64,000 bases of DNA from Rhynchopus sp. YZ270_cl-10 (GCA_964035575.1 OZ037843.1:930001-994000); one strand, 5' to 3'. Counted from the stretch's first letter, positions 24,659 through 36,315 are shown. Translations and numbers: made by a program. Notes: generated from the letters alone by a model not told the origin.

Positions 24659-25420
24659 TAAACCCCCCCCCGCATAAGGTTTACATCCAATAAGGTTTAC
24701 GAACCGCATAAGGTTCACGAACCCGTCTAAGGTTTACGTCCCGCATAAGGTTTACCAAGACTTATTTAATTTTGAAAAGTGGATTTTTTTTTGAAAAAAA
24801 TATGGAATTTTCGTTGGCATCTGGTCAAAACGTGGTCGCTAGCCCGGGGGCTCCGGCGAAAAGTCAAAAATTCACTTCGATCACGAACCCGTCAACCCAC
24901 AAACGAACGTGTTGAAGGACCTTGAGATAAGAGTCTTGCACCCTCTATTCTATTATTGGCGGCCACACTGCCTATTGGAACAGCTGGAGTGGAGAATGTG
25001 TTTTCTCATGAAATTAGTCAAGACTCGCTTGCAAGCTACGATGCACGACGAAAAACTCGAGGACACTATGTACACAGCCCTCGAACACCCCTTCAACGAT
25101 GACACCGGTATGGACAAAGCAATCTCGAGATCGAGGTGGATGCATTTAGGAATAACTCCAGCCAGTGTGGAAAACGTAGACGGAAGAACAAGTGCAGCTA
25201 GGTGCTGCCTATTCGAAACATACAAGAAATAATGTTACGTGTTCGTGCAATGAGAGGGGGCAGGTCTTACTTTAATAAAAAGAGATGTCCTCGTAAACCT
25301 TATGCGGAACTACTTTCCGTCCCGTTAAGGTTTACGAAGGAACTAAAACCCGTGTAAGGTTTACGAACCCGTTAGTATTTACCAATAATGTATGTAAACC
25401 TTATGCGGGAGGGGGGTTTA
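24659..25420. mobile_element. ~760-bp non-autonomous transposon carrying a hAT transposase fragment
   Basis: TIR TAAACCCCCC(C/T)CCCGCATAAGGTTTACAT with repeated TAAGGTTTACG subterminal motifs. Internal 24962-25080 reads ATLPIGTAGVENVFS / frameshift / MKLVKTRLQATMHDEKLEDTM. Confidence 0.8.
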
Positions 25421-25505
25421 ATATTATTAGGAACTTAGGAAATGGACCCAATAGGATAGCAAATTTACATTTGTTTTTGTTTTTGTTTTTTTTTGCCTAT
25501 ATGGG

Positions 25506-25788
25506 CATACATGTTGGTACGTACGTAAAACGCGCAAAAATAATAAAAAAACGCGCAAAATAATCAAAAAATGTTTTTAATAAAAAACGTCACAAAAACG
25601 TAACAAAAACGCGCAAAAAAACGTACTAAAACGTACCAAAAACACAGAGCAAAAATATTATTTTTGCTGTAATGTTGTATTAAAAAGTGATTATTTTGAT
25701 TATTTTTGAAAAACGTAGTACGTTTTTGTGTTTTTTGTACGTTTTTTGCGCGTTTTTTGCGCGTTTTACGTACGTACCAACATGTATG
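25506..25788. mobile_element. CATA...TATG MITE with 6-bp TSD (TATGGG)
   Basis: TIR CATACATGTTGGTACGTACGTAAAACGCGCAAAAA; TATGGG directly flanks both ends. Confidence 0.9.
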
Positions 25789-26214
25789 TATGGGTCAATC
25801 TAAACCCCCCTTTTTCAAACAAAAAAAAATTCCCTGTGCACGTTTAAGAAAGGCAACTTCCTATCAAGCCCGCCGACTCCATTTTCTTGGAGCTTCCAGG
25901 ACCGTGCATTGCTCCGTTCCCTCAAAGGAAGGGTAAAAAAGGTTTTCAAAAAAAGGGGGGGGAAAAAACGAGAATAAAATCAGCGATTTTTGGGGGGGAA
26001 ACGAGAATAAGGAACAGCCCTGTGCCAAAACCACGTTTTGGTGAGGGCTGGGTGCTGGTGCTGGCTATCTAAAACCCTTGCACACAACCACGCGAAAAAC
26101 CAAAAAAAAAGGGGGTTTCCCACATATTTCCTCTTTACTGCACCCCCTAATTGGTCCCCCCCGCCCCTATCTACATTACTGAACAGAGCGACACAAAAAA
26201 GAAGAAGAAGACAA

Positions 26215-27930
26215 ATGGAAGTTACGGTACATGGGTTTGATGACAACTCGTATGTGATCGAGGTGGGTGAGGATGACACAACAGAGACGATGCGGCAGAA
26301 GGTGGCGTCTGCAGTGGGGTTGGCTGAGGACAGCTTCCGCATGGGCTTCGGAGGGAAGGACGAAGGAGACGACATCATGCAGCTGAGTGCTGGTGACACA
26401 ATCATTCTCACGAAGTCGCAGAAGTTCGAAGCCATTGCAGCGCTTCGTGCGTTGGGTGAGACTGACCTGACAGCCGAGAGGTTGGAGGAGGAGGAGGATC
26501 CTGAGGTGGCGTGTTTGCTTCTGCAGGCGGAGGTTGCGACTGTCATTCCTGATGGGTTCTTGGCATATACATCGTTAACGCGACTTGATCTCAGTGCTGT
26601 GTCCTTTGTGACACAGATTGGAGACGAGTTCCTTTGGGACTGCACCTCGTTAACAAGTATTGACCTCTCTGGGTTGAGCAATGTGACGCGGATTGGAAGA
26701 GGCTTTCTTTATGCCTGCACATCTTTAACGACCCTGGATCTGACACCACTCAGCAACGTTACAAATATCGCGGGCGAATTTCTTTCCGGATGCAAAGCTT
26801 TAACTAACCTGGATCTGACAGCACTCAGCAACGTTACGGAAATTGAGAGCGACTTTCTTTTCTGCTGCGAAGCTTTAACCAACCTGGATCTGACACCACT
26901 CAAGAACGTTACGAATATCGAGAGCGACTTTCTTTCCGGATGCAAAGCTTTAACTAACCTGGATCTGACAGCACTCAGCAACGTTACGAATATCGAGAGC
27001 AGCTTTCTTTGCCACTGCGAAGCTTTAACCAACCTGGATCTGACACCACTCAAGAACGTTACGAATATCGAGAGCGAATTTCTTTCGAAGTGCGAAGCTT
27101 TAACGACCCTGGATCTGACACCGCTCAGCAACGTTACGAATATCGAGAGCGACTTTCTTCACGGCTGTGAAGCTTTAACCAACCTTGATCTGACACCACT
27201 CAAGAAGGTTACGAAGATTCAGAGAGGCTTTCTTTCCCGCTGCGAAGCTTTAACGACCCTGGATCTGACACCACTCAGCAACGTTACGAATATCGAGAGC
27301 GACTTTCTTCACGGCTGTGAAGCTTTAACCAACCTTGATCTGACGCCACTCAGCAAGGTTACGGTGATTGAGAGCAACTTTCTTTTCTGCTGCGAAGCGT
27401 TAACCAGCCTGGATCTGACACCACTCAGCAACGTTACGAATATCGAGAGCAGCTTTCTTAGCCACTGCAAAGCTTTAACCAACCTTGATCTGACACCACT
27501 CAGCAAGGTTACGGTGATTGAGAGCGACTTTCTTCACGGCTGCGAAGCTTTAACCAACCTGAATCTCACGCCACTCAACACCGTTACGAATATCGAGAGC
27601 AACTTTCTTCACAGCTGCAAAGCTTTAACCAACCTGGATCTGATACCACTCAAGAACGTTACGGATATCGGGTACTCTTTTCTTAACCACTGCGAAGGTT
27701 TAACTACCCTTGATCTCTCGCCACTGAACGAGGTTGAGAACGTAGGTTCGTTTTTTGCTGCGCACTGCACTTCGTTGAAGAGTATTTACCTTTCCGGCTG
27801 CAGCAGTGCTGTGTCCGACAAAGTAAGGAATAGCGAGGAGCTGATCCAGCTTGTGGTTGAAGAACGTCCGAAACGCAGCAGAGACGAATCCCCCGAGCAA
27901 GCCCGCAAACGACAGAGACACGCACAATGA
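26215..27930 (+). CDS. Ubiquitin-like domain plus BspA/TpLRR-type leucine-rich repeat protein (571 aa)
   Basis: N-terminus MEVTVHGFDDNSYVIEVGEDDTTETMRQKVA is Ubl-like. Sixteen 25-aa repeats with consensus ALTNLDLTPLSNVTNIESxFLxxCE (75-nt DNA period). Basic C-terminus KRSRDESPEQARKRQR. Confidence 0.88.
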   Translation: MEVTVHGFDDNSYVIEVGEDDTTETMRQKVASAVGLAEDSFRMGFGGKDEGDDIMQLSAGDTIILTKSQKFEAIAALRALGETDLTAERLEEEEDPEVACLLLQAEVATVIPDGFLAYTSLTRLDLSAVSFVTQIGDEFLWDCTSLTSIDLSGLSNVTRIGRGFLYACTSLTTLDLTPLSNVTNIAGEFLSGCKALTNLDLTALSNVTEIESDFLFCCEALTNLDLTPLKNVTNIESDFLSGCKALTNLDLTALSNVTNIESSFLCHCEALTNLDLTPLKNVTNIESEFLSKCEALTTLDLTPLSNVTNIESDFLHGCEALTNLDLTPLKKVTKIQRGFLSRCEALTTLDLTPLSNVTNIESDFLHGCEALTNLDLTPLSKVTVIESNFLFCCEALTSLDLTPLSNVTNIESSFLSHCKALTNLDLTPLSKVTVIESDFLHGCEALTNLNLTPLNTVTNIESNFLHSCKALTNLDLIPLKNVTDIGYSFLNHCEGLTTLDLSPLNEVENVGSFFAAHCTSLKSIYLSGCSSAVSDKVRNSEELIQLVVEERPKRSRDESPEQARKRQRHAQ

Positions 27931-28446
27931 CGACATGGTGTGCTGGGAGGGGATAAAGGGAAGGGCGAGAAGAGCAGGAAGGGGGGTAGGGAAGGGCCGG
28001 TAGACACTGCCTCGTCTACTCGCCTCCACAAACTTTGCAAACAAAAAAGACACAAAAAAACATAGGCACAAAGCTGGGAAAGGGGTTGAGGGACAGGATA
28101 GGGATAAAGTCTGCCTAGATTAGAAGCGGACCTGTGTTCAGGCCGCCAGTGTCCAGCCGGGTCGTGCTTGACTTCGAGAACAGCTCTGGGCCAAGGAGGT
28201 CCTCGGTGTCGTCAGCCAGCACCCTTTCAAGAATTAAAAGACGCCAAACAAAGAAAACAAGCCACCCTCAACTTTTCTTTCTACCCCTTGAAATCTTTGC
28301 ACCTCAAATCTTTGCTTCTCACTCTTTCCCTTACAACCCCACCACCATCATAATAGAATCCCTCACAACCACTGACCCATTCTACTCTTCAACCCCCCAC
28401 CCCACCAGGGACATACGAACACAACACAAATCCACACACCACCACA

Positions 28447-30747
28447 ATGCGCGCAGCTCTTGCTGTGCTCTCTGGGGTTGCCGCCTCGTGCGCGACCCTC
28501 CCTCCCACTACGGTGCCTAACATGAACGGCGAGTACGTTCTCTCCGCCACCCCGCAGAGCGAAGGCACGCAGGAGAAGTTCCCTCTGAACTTCAAGGACT
28601 ACCCGAACGGGGTCGAGCACTTTGATGTGTACAGCCCGGTTGTGACCTCGCTGTACAGCCAGGTTTATTGGACGGGGATGCCTCCGATTGACCTTCCCGA
28701 GGAGATTGTAAAGAAGTACGCTGGAAAGGGCATGGCGGTTGTGGGCTTTGAATGCAACCAGATGCGTAACACCAGCAACGGAGGGGAGGAGGAGGTTCCT
28801 ATTAACGTTGCCTACAACCACCACTTTGAAAGCACCATGACTGGCGCGAAGTCGCGCTTTGAGAAGATGGAGTTCAATGGAGCAGACGACCCACGCCGCC
28901 TAGCAATCCAAGCAAAGATGGGAGGCCACGGCATTCCCGTGCACACTTACTACAAGGTACACGACCTCGCACCAGGCAACAGCATCCCCACTTCTGCTTC
29001 CTTCGGTGCTGCTAATGGAGGTGAGTACCGCAAAAGCTTTCACGGATACGCACCGGGCTACGTTCAGGTAATCGAATCCCCAGAAAAGTACCAATTCACC
29101 CCGATGCAGATCGACACCTGGAACCGCGATAAAATGAATGTGTCTGGAGGGCCCTTTGTGTCTGGTCCGGTACCGCGGAACTCTCTTGCGCCCACCGAAG
29201 GGCCCGATGCGCTCTATTCAGGTCTGCTTGAATGTCCGGTCACTACGAGGATTTCGAAGGAGTTGGATATGGGATACACCACGCAGGCAAGCGGAAGCTG
29301 CGCCAATGCGATCGGAAGCATGGAGGAGTGTCTCGGTGCAGCGAAGAACACTTTGGGTGGTGTCTCGACGAACTACACATCATCTGAGGTCAACGATGCA
29401 TCGCGCCCCTCTGGATGCAGCGCCACCTCCGACGCGACGGACCCAACATTGATCCACGTTGTTTTCAACAAAGCTACCTCCGGCGCTGCATGCAGTGACG
29501 GCAATGGTGTGACCCACGGTGCCACCCAATCTCTTGTCCGTGTTGAGGTGGGTATCGACACTGCAAAGGATTTGGTCACCATCACTTTGACTGGACCGAG
29601 CGCAGTGTGGTTCGGTACAGGATTCAATGCTTCCGCAATGAAGGATTCCCCCTGGGCAATCATCGTCGACGGAACCGGGAATGTCACAGAACGGAAACTT
29701 CAGGACCAAAACCCTGGCACCCAGCTGCCAGACTCTGTGACCGTTCTCTCCTCCACCGTTGCAGGGGATCTCCGCACCGTTGTCGTGACCCGCCCACTCA
29801 TCGGCAAAACCGCAGATTACTATACTTTCAACACTGCAACAGACGGTTCGCTGTCTTTCATTAATGCAATTGGAAGTACCCCGACGTTGTCATACCATAA
29901 GGAAAAAACCCCAAGCAGCCTTGCAGTTCTTCCGGGTAACGTTGGCATGTGTTTGTGTGCGTCCAAGCCGATTCCCTTTGGGCAGGGTGCAGGAAAGCTT
30001 GTGTACACCCAAACCAAGCAGGCAGCGGACACAGGGGTGGGGACCATCACCTTCAACAACAGATGCGACCCTGCCCCGCGGACGGACCTGCTCTGGCAGA
30101 AGAACCCGACCTGCGATTTGCGGACCTACGTTGGGGGGCAGATTGCATGCCATCATATGTTCTCCCTCCTCGACGCGGATCAGGACATTCCATGGACTGA
30201 CCAGCCTCTTCAATACCGCCTCAAATTCCGCTTCTGGGTGCAGCCATACGACCCTGACTACCACCACATCGTCAAGCGTGTCACCTGGGGGATTGCATCG
30301 CCCGTTGAGTATGACGTTCCAAAATGCGACGAAACAATCCCGAACTGCACACGCACGGAGGACGGAAACTGGGTGCACACCATCAAGGGTACGTACAAAG
30401 GGGAAGGGTCGTTGTCAGCTGCGCACTTTCATTGCCACGCCCCGACGTGTCTGTCGATGGCGATGTACAGATGCCCGTTGGGTGCGGACGACTGCGATGC
30501 CACCACCGGAACGCTCCTCTGTGAACAGCGCCCACTCTACGGAGGCTCCGGCAAGGTCGGCGATGGGTTCAACGAGAAAGGCTTCATCGCGCAGCCACCC
30601 TGCCTCTGGGGGGACGAGGCCCACGGTCTGCAGGCCCCTGTCAACGTATCCGGGTACATGCTTCACACAGTGAAGACAAGCAATGCAACATACGGGCACC
30701 ACGGAGAGATGGCGTGGCAGCAGATGTTCATCCTCCCCGATGCATGA
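28447..30747 (+). CDS. Secreted copper type II monooxygenase-like (Nod19-like) protein with an internal DOMON-like domain (766 aa)
   Basis: Signal peptide MRAALAVLSGVAASCA; YNHHFE; DOMON-like VTITLTGPSAVWFGTGF..AM..TVVVTRPL; C-terminal AAHFHCH and HHGEMA (HxH plus Met ligand pattern). The family assignment is inferred from motifs. Confidence 0.7.
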   Translation: MRAALAVLSGVAASCATLPPTTVPNMNGEYVLSATPQSEGTQEKFPLNFKDYPNGVEHFDVYSPVVTSLYSQVYWTGMPPIDLPEEIVKKYAGKGMAVVGFECNQMRNTSNGGEEEVPINVAYNHHFESTMTGAKSRFEKMEFNGADDPRRLAIQAKMGGHGIPVHTYYKVHDLAPGNSIPTSASFGAANGGEYRKSFHGYAPGYVQVIESPEKYQFTPMQIDTWNRDKMNVSGGPFVSGPVPRNSLAPTEGPDALYSGLLECPVTTRISKELDMGYTTQASGSCANAIGSMEECLGAAKNTLGGVSTNYTSSEVNDASRPSGCSATSDATDPTLIHVVFNKATSGAACSDGNGVTHGATQSLVRVEVGIDTAKDLVTITLTGPSAVWFGTGFNASAMKDSPWAIIVDGTGNVTERKLQDQNPGTQLPDSVTVLSSTVAGDLRTVVVTRPLIGKTADYYTFNTATDGSLSFINAIGSTPTLSYHKEKTPSSLAVLPGNVGMCLCASKPIPFGQGAGKLVYTQTKQAADTGVGTITFNNRCDPAPRTDLLWQKNPTCDLRTYVGGQIACHHMFSLLDADQDIPWTDQPLQYRLKFRFWVQPYDPDYHHIVKRVTWGIASPVEYDVPKCDETIPNCTRTEDGNWVHTIKGTYKGEGSLSAAHFHCHAPTCLSMAMYRCPLGADDCDATTGTLLCEQRPLYGGSGKVGDGFNEKGFIAQPPCLWGDEAHGLQAPVNVSGYMLHTVKTSNATYGHHGEMAWQQMFILPDA

Positions 30748-30770
30748 GCGGGGGGAAGAAAAAAAAAGAA

Positions 30771-30819
30771 AGTGGAGTTCATCCTCGGGGTGTGTCTACA
30801 CTAATACAACCAAGTTTTC
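30771..30819 (+). mobile_element. Hairpin SINE-like element with 9-bp TSD (AAAAAAGAA)
   Basis: AAAAAAGAA at 30762-30770 and 30820-30828. Lies 24 nt after the stop codon of the upstream gene. Confidence 0.75.
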
Positions 30820-31651
30820 AAAAAAGAACTTCTTTAAAATGGAAGTTTTCAAATTGAAACGGTAATATTGAGGTTTTTTTAAAACGTTTTTTTAAAAAGG
30901 TGACGTGAGGGGGCTAAGGTTCAATTTTTTTGACCAACGTCAATCTGTGTGACTGAGTGTGGGGTATGCGTTCAAGAATTAAACTCTTCCCCCCCCCAAA
31001 CCCCCTTTTCGTCTTGTTTTTCTTCATCCAAACGGCATGGATGCGTAATAATTTTTTTTTGGCCAAGAACATCAATCTGAACCTCTTTTTTTTATCTTAC
31101 GAGATCCCCCACCCCCTTCCCCACCCTCTTCCAAGTCGTGTCTGGAATGAGGAGTTTTGAAATTGAATCGCTGAGCACTTCCTGCACACAAGATGGCCCC
31201 AAACCCCTTAGATCTCGTTGCCGTTGTACGTAAACCTCCTGTTGAAGCTGCCTTGTAATTATGTTGGCAATTCACAGCACGTTTTAATTAGCATGGTGCA
31301 AGATCTTTTCAGGGGTATTTTCTTTTTTTGTGCAAAAGGGGCCTGGTCATGCTAAGGTTTGTTTGTGTGTGTATTTTGAACAAGCAAAGGGTGTAGTAGG
31401 TCCCAAGACCAGAATATTACCCCCCCCCCCACCAGTGTAAAGGTCTTAAGGCATTCGGTTCGTGTCAAAGCAAGCCCCTGCAGGCCCTTTCCCTGTGGGG
31501 CATTATACAGTGATGCATCCCATCGTTCTGCTTTTTCCCTTTTTCCCTTTTATATTTTTTTTTTTTTGTAGTGGCACAGTGCTTGCATCCGCTGATGAAA
31601 CCGGAGAGGGGTTTACGAACTTTCAACTTTTTGTTTCTTTTTTGGGGGGAG

Positions 31652-31775
31652 AGTCAGATTTATTCTACCCTATTTTGAAAAAGTTCAGACTTGCCCTAAG
31701 TTCAGATCTGCCCCTGAAAACACTTTTAGGGCAGATCTGAACTTTTTCAAAATAGGGGGTAGGGTAAATCTTACT
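31652..31775. repeat. Palindromic MITE-like element
   Basis: CCCTATTTTGAAAAAGTTCAGA / TCTGAACTTTTTCAAAATAGGG inverted arms, with an imperfect outer extension. Confidence 0.7.
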
Positions 31776-32027
31776 ATGCCCCTTCTTCTTTTTTGATACA
31801 CTTTAATACAATTTACCCACCCCATCCTTCACTTTCCCCGCCATGTCAGCAAATCACATGGCTTTAGAGATTTGAATATGCCTACAGGCCCAACATTAAT
31901 GATACATGGTGTGGCTGAAATGGGGGAGTGCACAAAGTGTGCAGAAGTACGCAAGAAGTGCGAATCACCTTCAGCCACCCAAACAGGTTTCTATTTTTGT
32001 GAAGTCGCCGGAAGGACAAAAAAAATA

Positions 32028-32141
32028 CCGTCTTTTAAAAATATGGACCAGAAAAAACATGGCCTAGAATAATCATGGACCTTTTGGGATATATTTTTTT
32101 TATGGACCAATTTTTCTGGTCCATATTTTTTCAAAAGACGG
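32028..32141. mobile_element. CCGT...ACGG MITE with ATGGACC repeats
   Basis: TA|CCGTCTTTTAAAAATATGGACCAGAAAAA ... TTTTTCTGGTCCATATTTTTTCAAAAGACGG. Confidence 0.65.
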
Positions 32142-32327
32142 CATTCACTAAATAAAAACCTCGTTATTTTAGTGGCTGTAGCTTTCATGTTCAATCTCTC
32201 AGGTTTGTTTTTTTTAGATGTGTATGTAAATCATATTAGTCTTTCAACGTGTCTTTTGTTTCGCTTTGGTTTCATTTTCCTTCCACAAAGCAAACCAAAA
32301 CAAGATAAAAAAATAGACAAGGAGACA

Positions 32328-32540
32328 CATACTTCGTGGTCCGCCGGAGCCCGCCTGAGTTGAGACGGACTATGGCGGACTTTGAAAGTCCGTCTCGAGT
32401 CCGCCCGAGTTGAGACGGACCTGAGAAGGACCTGAGACGGACTCGGGCGGACTCGGGCCGAGTTCGCCTGAGTCCGTCTCAACTCGGTTGGGGTCTTGGC
32501 GGGATTTTTTTTGGCGGACTCAGGCGGACCACGAAGTATG
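32328..32540. mobile_element. CATA...TATG MITE with 6-bp TSD (GAGACA); second copy 34953-35105
   Basis: TIR CATACTTCGTGGTCCGCC; GAGACA flanks both ends; internal GGACTC/GAGTCC repeats. Confidence 0.9.
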
Positions 32541-33908
32541 GAGACAACGTTGGAAAAAATATCCATCTTTGTAGTTAAAATACGTAAAAATAAATAAAGT
32601 AAGGTGCGTGTTTTCGACTGAGATGCGTTTTTTTGCACGTTGCAACTACTCTCTTTGTTTACGAATGTGATCAAGGTGACTAAGCACAAGAGGCGTTAGG
32701 ATCATCTTATAAACTTTTTCTTTGTTTCCATTTTTGGTTAGTTAGCTCTTTGGGAGGGACAGTCATCCATCTTTGCAAGCATTCTATGTTATCTCCCCCG
32801 CACCCTCACCCCCCCCTTAGGTACCACACTCCGGGTTTGAGTAACCCACAGCATGCGTGCCTGTGTCCAGAGGTGTAATATGCGCTACGAAGCACATTTT
32901 CCCCCACTCCCCCCCTTTAAAAAAAAAAAACAAAAGCCAAAGCAATCCAGAGAGAACCAACCAGTTTTTTTTTTCAACTTACCTTCCTTCACCCCCCCTG
33001 TAAGGGTAACCGTAGGTGAAGTAAGGTATAGTATTGAAATCGATGTGGGGGGGGAGTAAAGGGTCAATATTACAAACCCGGATTTTGAGGAAAATTTTGG
33101 CCAAAAATGGGCCCCACGTATAAGGAACCGGGCTCATATTTCTCAAAATTTAAGTGGTCAAAAAATTGTCCAATTTTCGAGATTGACCCCACCACTGCAC
33201 GGGCGGAGCCCAAAAACGCAAATAAGGACCCTTTTTAATTTGTTCTCTTGAAATGTGTAATTTCAAGTTTTCTAGAAAAAAATAACAACTGATCCTACAA
33301 GGGTTGAAGGAAGGTGTGTGGAAAACAACAACAAAACAAGGAATTGCTAAGAAAAAGAACGAGGTGTGCTGTGGGAAACTCCGCGCGATTTTCGAAACCA
33401 ACATAGCAGCCTGGCGCTTTGCTGGGTGGTGCTGATGCGCATGGTGTGATCGACGACAGTTCGTCGTCTGTGTTCCTTGCGCACTCCTCCTCCGGCGACG
33501 ATGAGTGGGAGGGTGTGGACGACAACGAGGTGGAACACGCCGACCATCGATCGAGCAAATGGTGCTGGACGAAGAGGGGTCTGAGGATGACAGCCCCCGT
33601 TCTTGAACGTTTCAAGTGCAGGCGTCCAGTGGTTGTGGCAGCGTTTTCGCATACCTGCAGAAGAGCAGAGTGTAGATTATTTCTACAGGGCGGTGTTCAG
33701 GAGTGTGGGTCCCCCCATAACCACAGCACACCCCGTTTTTTTTCCGATAGCAATTACTTGTTTTTTTTTGGTTTTTCAAAACTTTTTCACCCTTTTTTTT
33801 TGGCAAGGTAAAACCAAGAGAGACAGATAATGCTTTTTATACCATTTTTTCTCTATTTTCCTTTTTTTTTGGGGGGAGGGCGTTTTTTTTTTTTTTTGCA
33901 CTTTCAGC

Positions 33909-34544
33909 CAGGGTATTAGGGTGAAAATCCAAAATTCCGGAAAAAACTGGTTTTTCTGGTTTTCTCTCCTGGGTGGCGAAAACTAGTGTTTCCGGCGAAA
34001 ACCTCCACCGTTGACGGACACAGTCACCTTTTTCGGGTTTTTCGGGGGTGGGGTCAGTGTCTTATCCAGGAATCCAGATTCGAAATATTTTTCGGCGCTG
34101 CTGACCCAGGGTAGACATTGGGAACATAGGGACTGTATTTTTTTGCGGGGCAAAAAAATAATATAAAATGGCGCCGCAGGCGAAAATTTTTGAGGGTACG
34201 GTGTAAAAATCTAGCTTTTTACACCACAGAGCCACTCAAACGAACCCTTTTTTGCGGAGCAAAAAATGAAAAATGGCGCCGCAGGCAAAAAAAAAATCAA
34301 GGAACAGCCATTTCCCAAAGGCACTCCCGTGGTTCAACCACGGTTCTACCAGGCGGGGAAAAAATGCGGGGGAAAAAATCGAGTCCGCCCTAATCTGGGG
34401 ACGACATTTACAGAAAGTCCTGGTGAAAAGTGTCGGTTTTTTTTTCCCCTCCAGATTTCTCTGTCTTTTTTTTTTTTTTTTGAAAACCAGTTTTTGGAAA
34501 AACTGGTTTTCAAAACCAGTTTTTTTAACCACCCTAATACCCTG
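33909..34544. mobile_element. Non-autonomous hAT element with 8-bp TSD (CTTTCAGC)
   Basis: TIR CAGGGTATTAGGGTG / CACCCTAATACCCTG; CTTTCAGC at 33901-33908 and 34545-34552. Confidence 0.92.
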
Positions 34545-34649
34545 CTTTCAGCTTCTCTTTTTTTTCTCTCTTTTTTAGTGCCCCTGCGTCCGCCGATGTA
34601 CGGTGAGTCGTTTGCGCTTTCAACGTTTCTTTCCTCTCTCCCCATGCTG

Positions 34650-35163
34650 CACGAAGGGTAACGTAAATGACTTGACTTGCGGTTTTACTTTTGTGGTTTT
34701 CACTGTCAGCTTAAAACGGTGAGACCACAAAATAGAAACTAACTTCCGGTTCTGAATAAAAAAGAAAACAATGAAAAACAACTTTTTCGTTTATCGCTCC
34801 GCAAGCTTGTTGTGTTTTTTCGCTGACGTGTGTGTTGTGTGAGAGAGAAAAAATAATGAGTGAGAAAACACAAGCTGGCGGGCACGCACCTTCCGTCGTT
34901 TCTATTTCCTATTGTCTACCTTGATTTACAAAAAAAATAATACCACAGTCTCCATACTTCGTGGTCCGCCAGAGTCCGCCCGAGTTGAGACGGACCTGAG
35001 ACGGACTCAGGCGGACTCGGGCTGAGTTCGCCTGAGTCCGTCTCAACTCGGGCGGGGTCTTGGCGGGATTTTTTTTTGGCGGACTCAGGTGGACCACGAA
35101 GTATGCCCACAGGTTGTCAAGATCTGTGTCACTGTCAGTCAAGTCATTTATTTCACCATCGTG
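34650..35163. mobile_element. CACGA...TCGTG element hosting a CATA MITE; partial second copy ~37835-38175
   Basis: Imperfect TIR CACGAAGGGTAACGTAAATGACTTGACT / AGTCAAGTCATTTATTTCACCATCGTG. Interior GAGTGAGAAAACACAAGCTGGCGGGCAC..TACCTTGATTTACAAAA is shared with the 38 kb copy. Confidence 0.7.
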
Positions 35164-36315
35164 TACGTTATGCCACTTTCCCCCCCTTTTTCCCTGCAAC
35201 CATCAACCCAATACTCTATTCGCTTTTCTCCACCATGTTTTATTTTTTGTTTCAAAAAAAGAAAAATGATAAACTCAAAATGATAATAGTTGTGTGAGAT
35301 ACACGGTTTAGTGTGTGCTTGGTGGTATGCTTTGCTCTCTCTTTTGTTTTTTTTTGAAGTCTTTAGAAATCATCCCTTTTTTCCACAAACCCGCAAAGGT
35401 TTGCGGGTTTGCGGTCGGACGTATTTACGAAGACGGTATTGTGGCCCCAGTTGTAGCCTCATCTTTTCAAGGAATTTTTCGAAAAATATTCAGAACGAAA
35501 AAAATTACCACTTTCCCCCCTCAATTTTCTCTTTTTTGTGTGCTGTGCACGTGTTGACACCTAAGTGATGCTCAATTTATTATACATCCCCACCCCAAAA
35601 ATAAATACAGTACTCCAAGAAAAACGCTGCGAATCCACATACGTTCGACGGATTTAGGGATTTTGAGGCTTTTTTTGGCGTCTTTTTTGAGCGCCAAATG
35701 GCGTACTGTACGTTTTTTTTTTTTGCTCCCCCAAGGCCCCCCTTCCCTACCCCATGTGTCCCCGACCCACCCTAATTGTGGCAGTATTGTGATGGGAGCC
35801 CATTGGAATACGCAAAATACATCACAATACATGTATTGTGATGTATTTTGATGTATTTTGCGTATTCCAATGGGCTCCCATCACAATACTGCCACCATTT
35901 CACCACCCACCCCCCTCCTATAGTTGCGTCTAGGAAGTGTTCACTGCTGACTGCACGATAGCCTATAATCGAACGCAGTCCCGAACAGGATACCTAACGA
36001 GAGGCAACCGAGAAGGAAAAAAAAATCACACAAAAAAAAAAAAAATCAAACAAAAAAGCAAAGTGGTGGGGTATATACAGCGACAAGAAAAACAGAGGGG
36101 ATGGAACAAAAAAGGCGTCTTTCCCCCCCCACTTCTTTTACATTGCCCCACATACACCTAACTTTGCCATCCCAATATTCCTGATTTATGAGCACACCGT
36201 ACAGATTCCTCACCTCCTACCCTTTTGCATAAATAAGACCGAACTGCGTTTTATTCAACTTACTCTTTTCCCCCCCTTCAATCCTAACCCAATATCAGGT
36301 ACACACAACACCAAG

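Noticed and set aside
26570..27790. Regular 75-nt repeats resembling a CRISPR array or DGR
   Set aside because: They are in-frame LRR coding repeats with no unique spacers, no cas or RT gene, and variation not restricted to adenines.
33400..33700. GC-rich island with a 130-aa ORF (33419..33811)
   Set aside because: No ATG start and no recognisable motif; possibly a decayed gene or TE fragment but not supportable.
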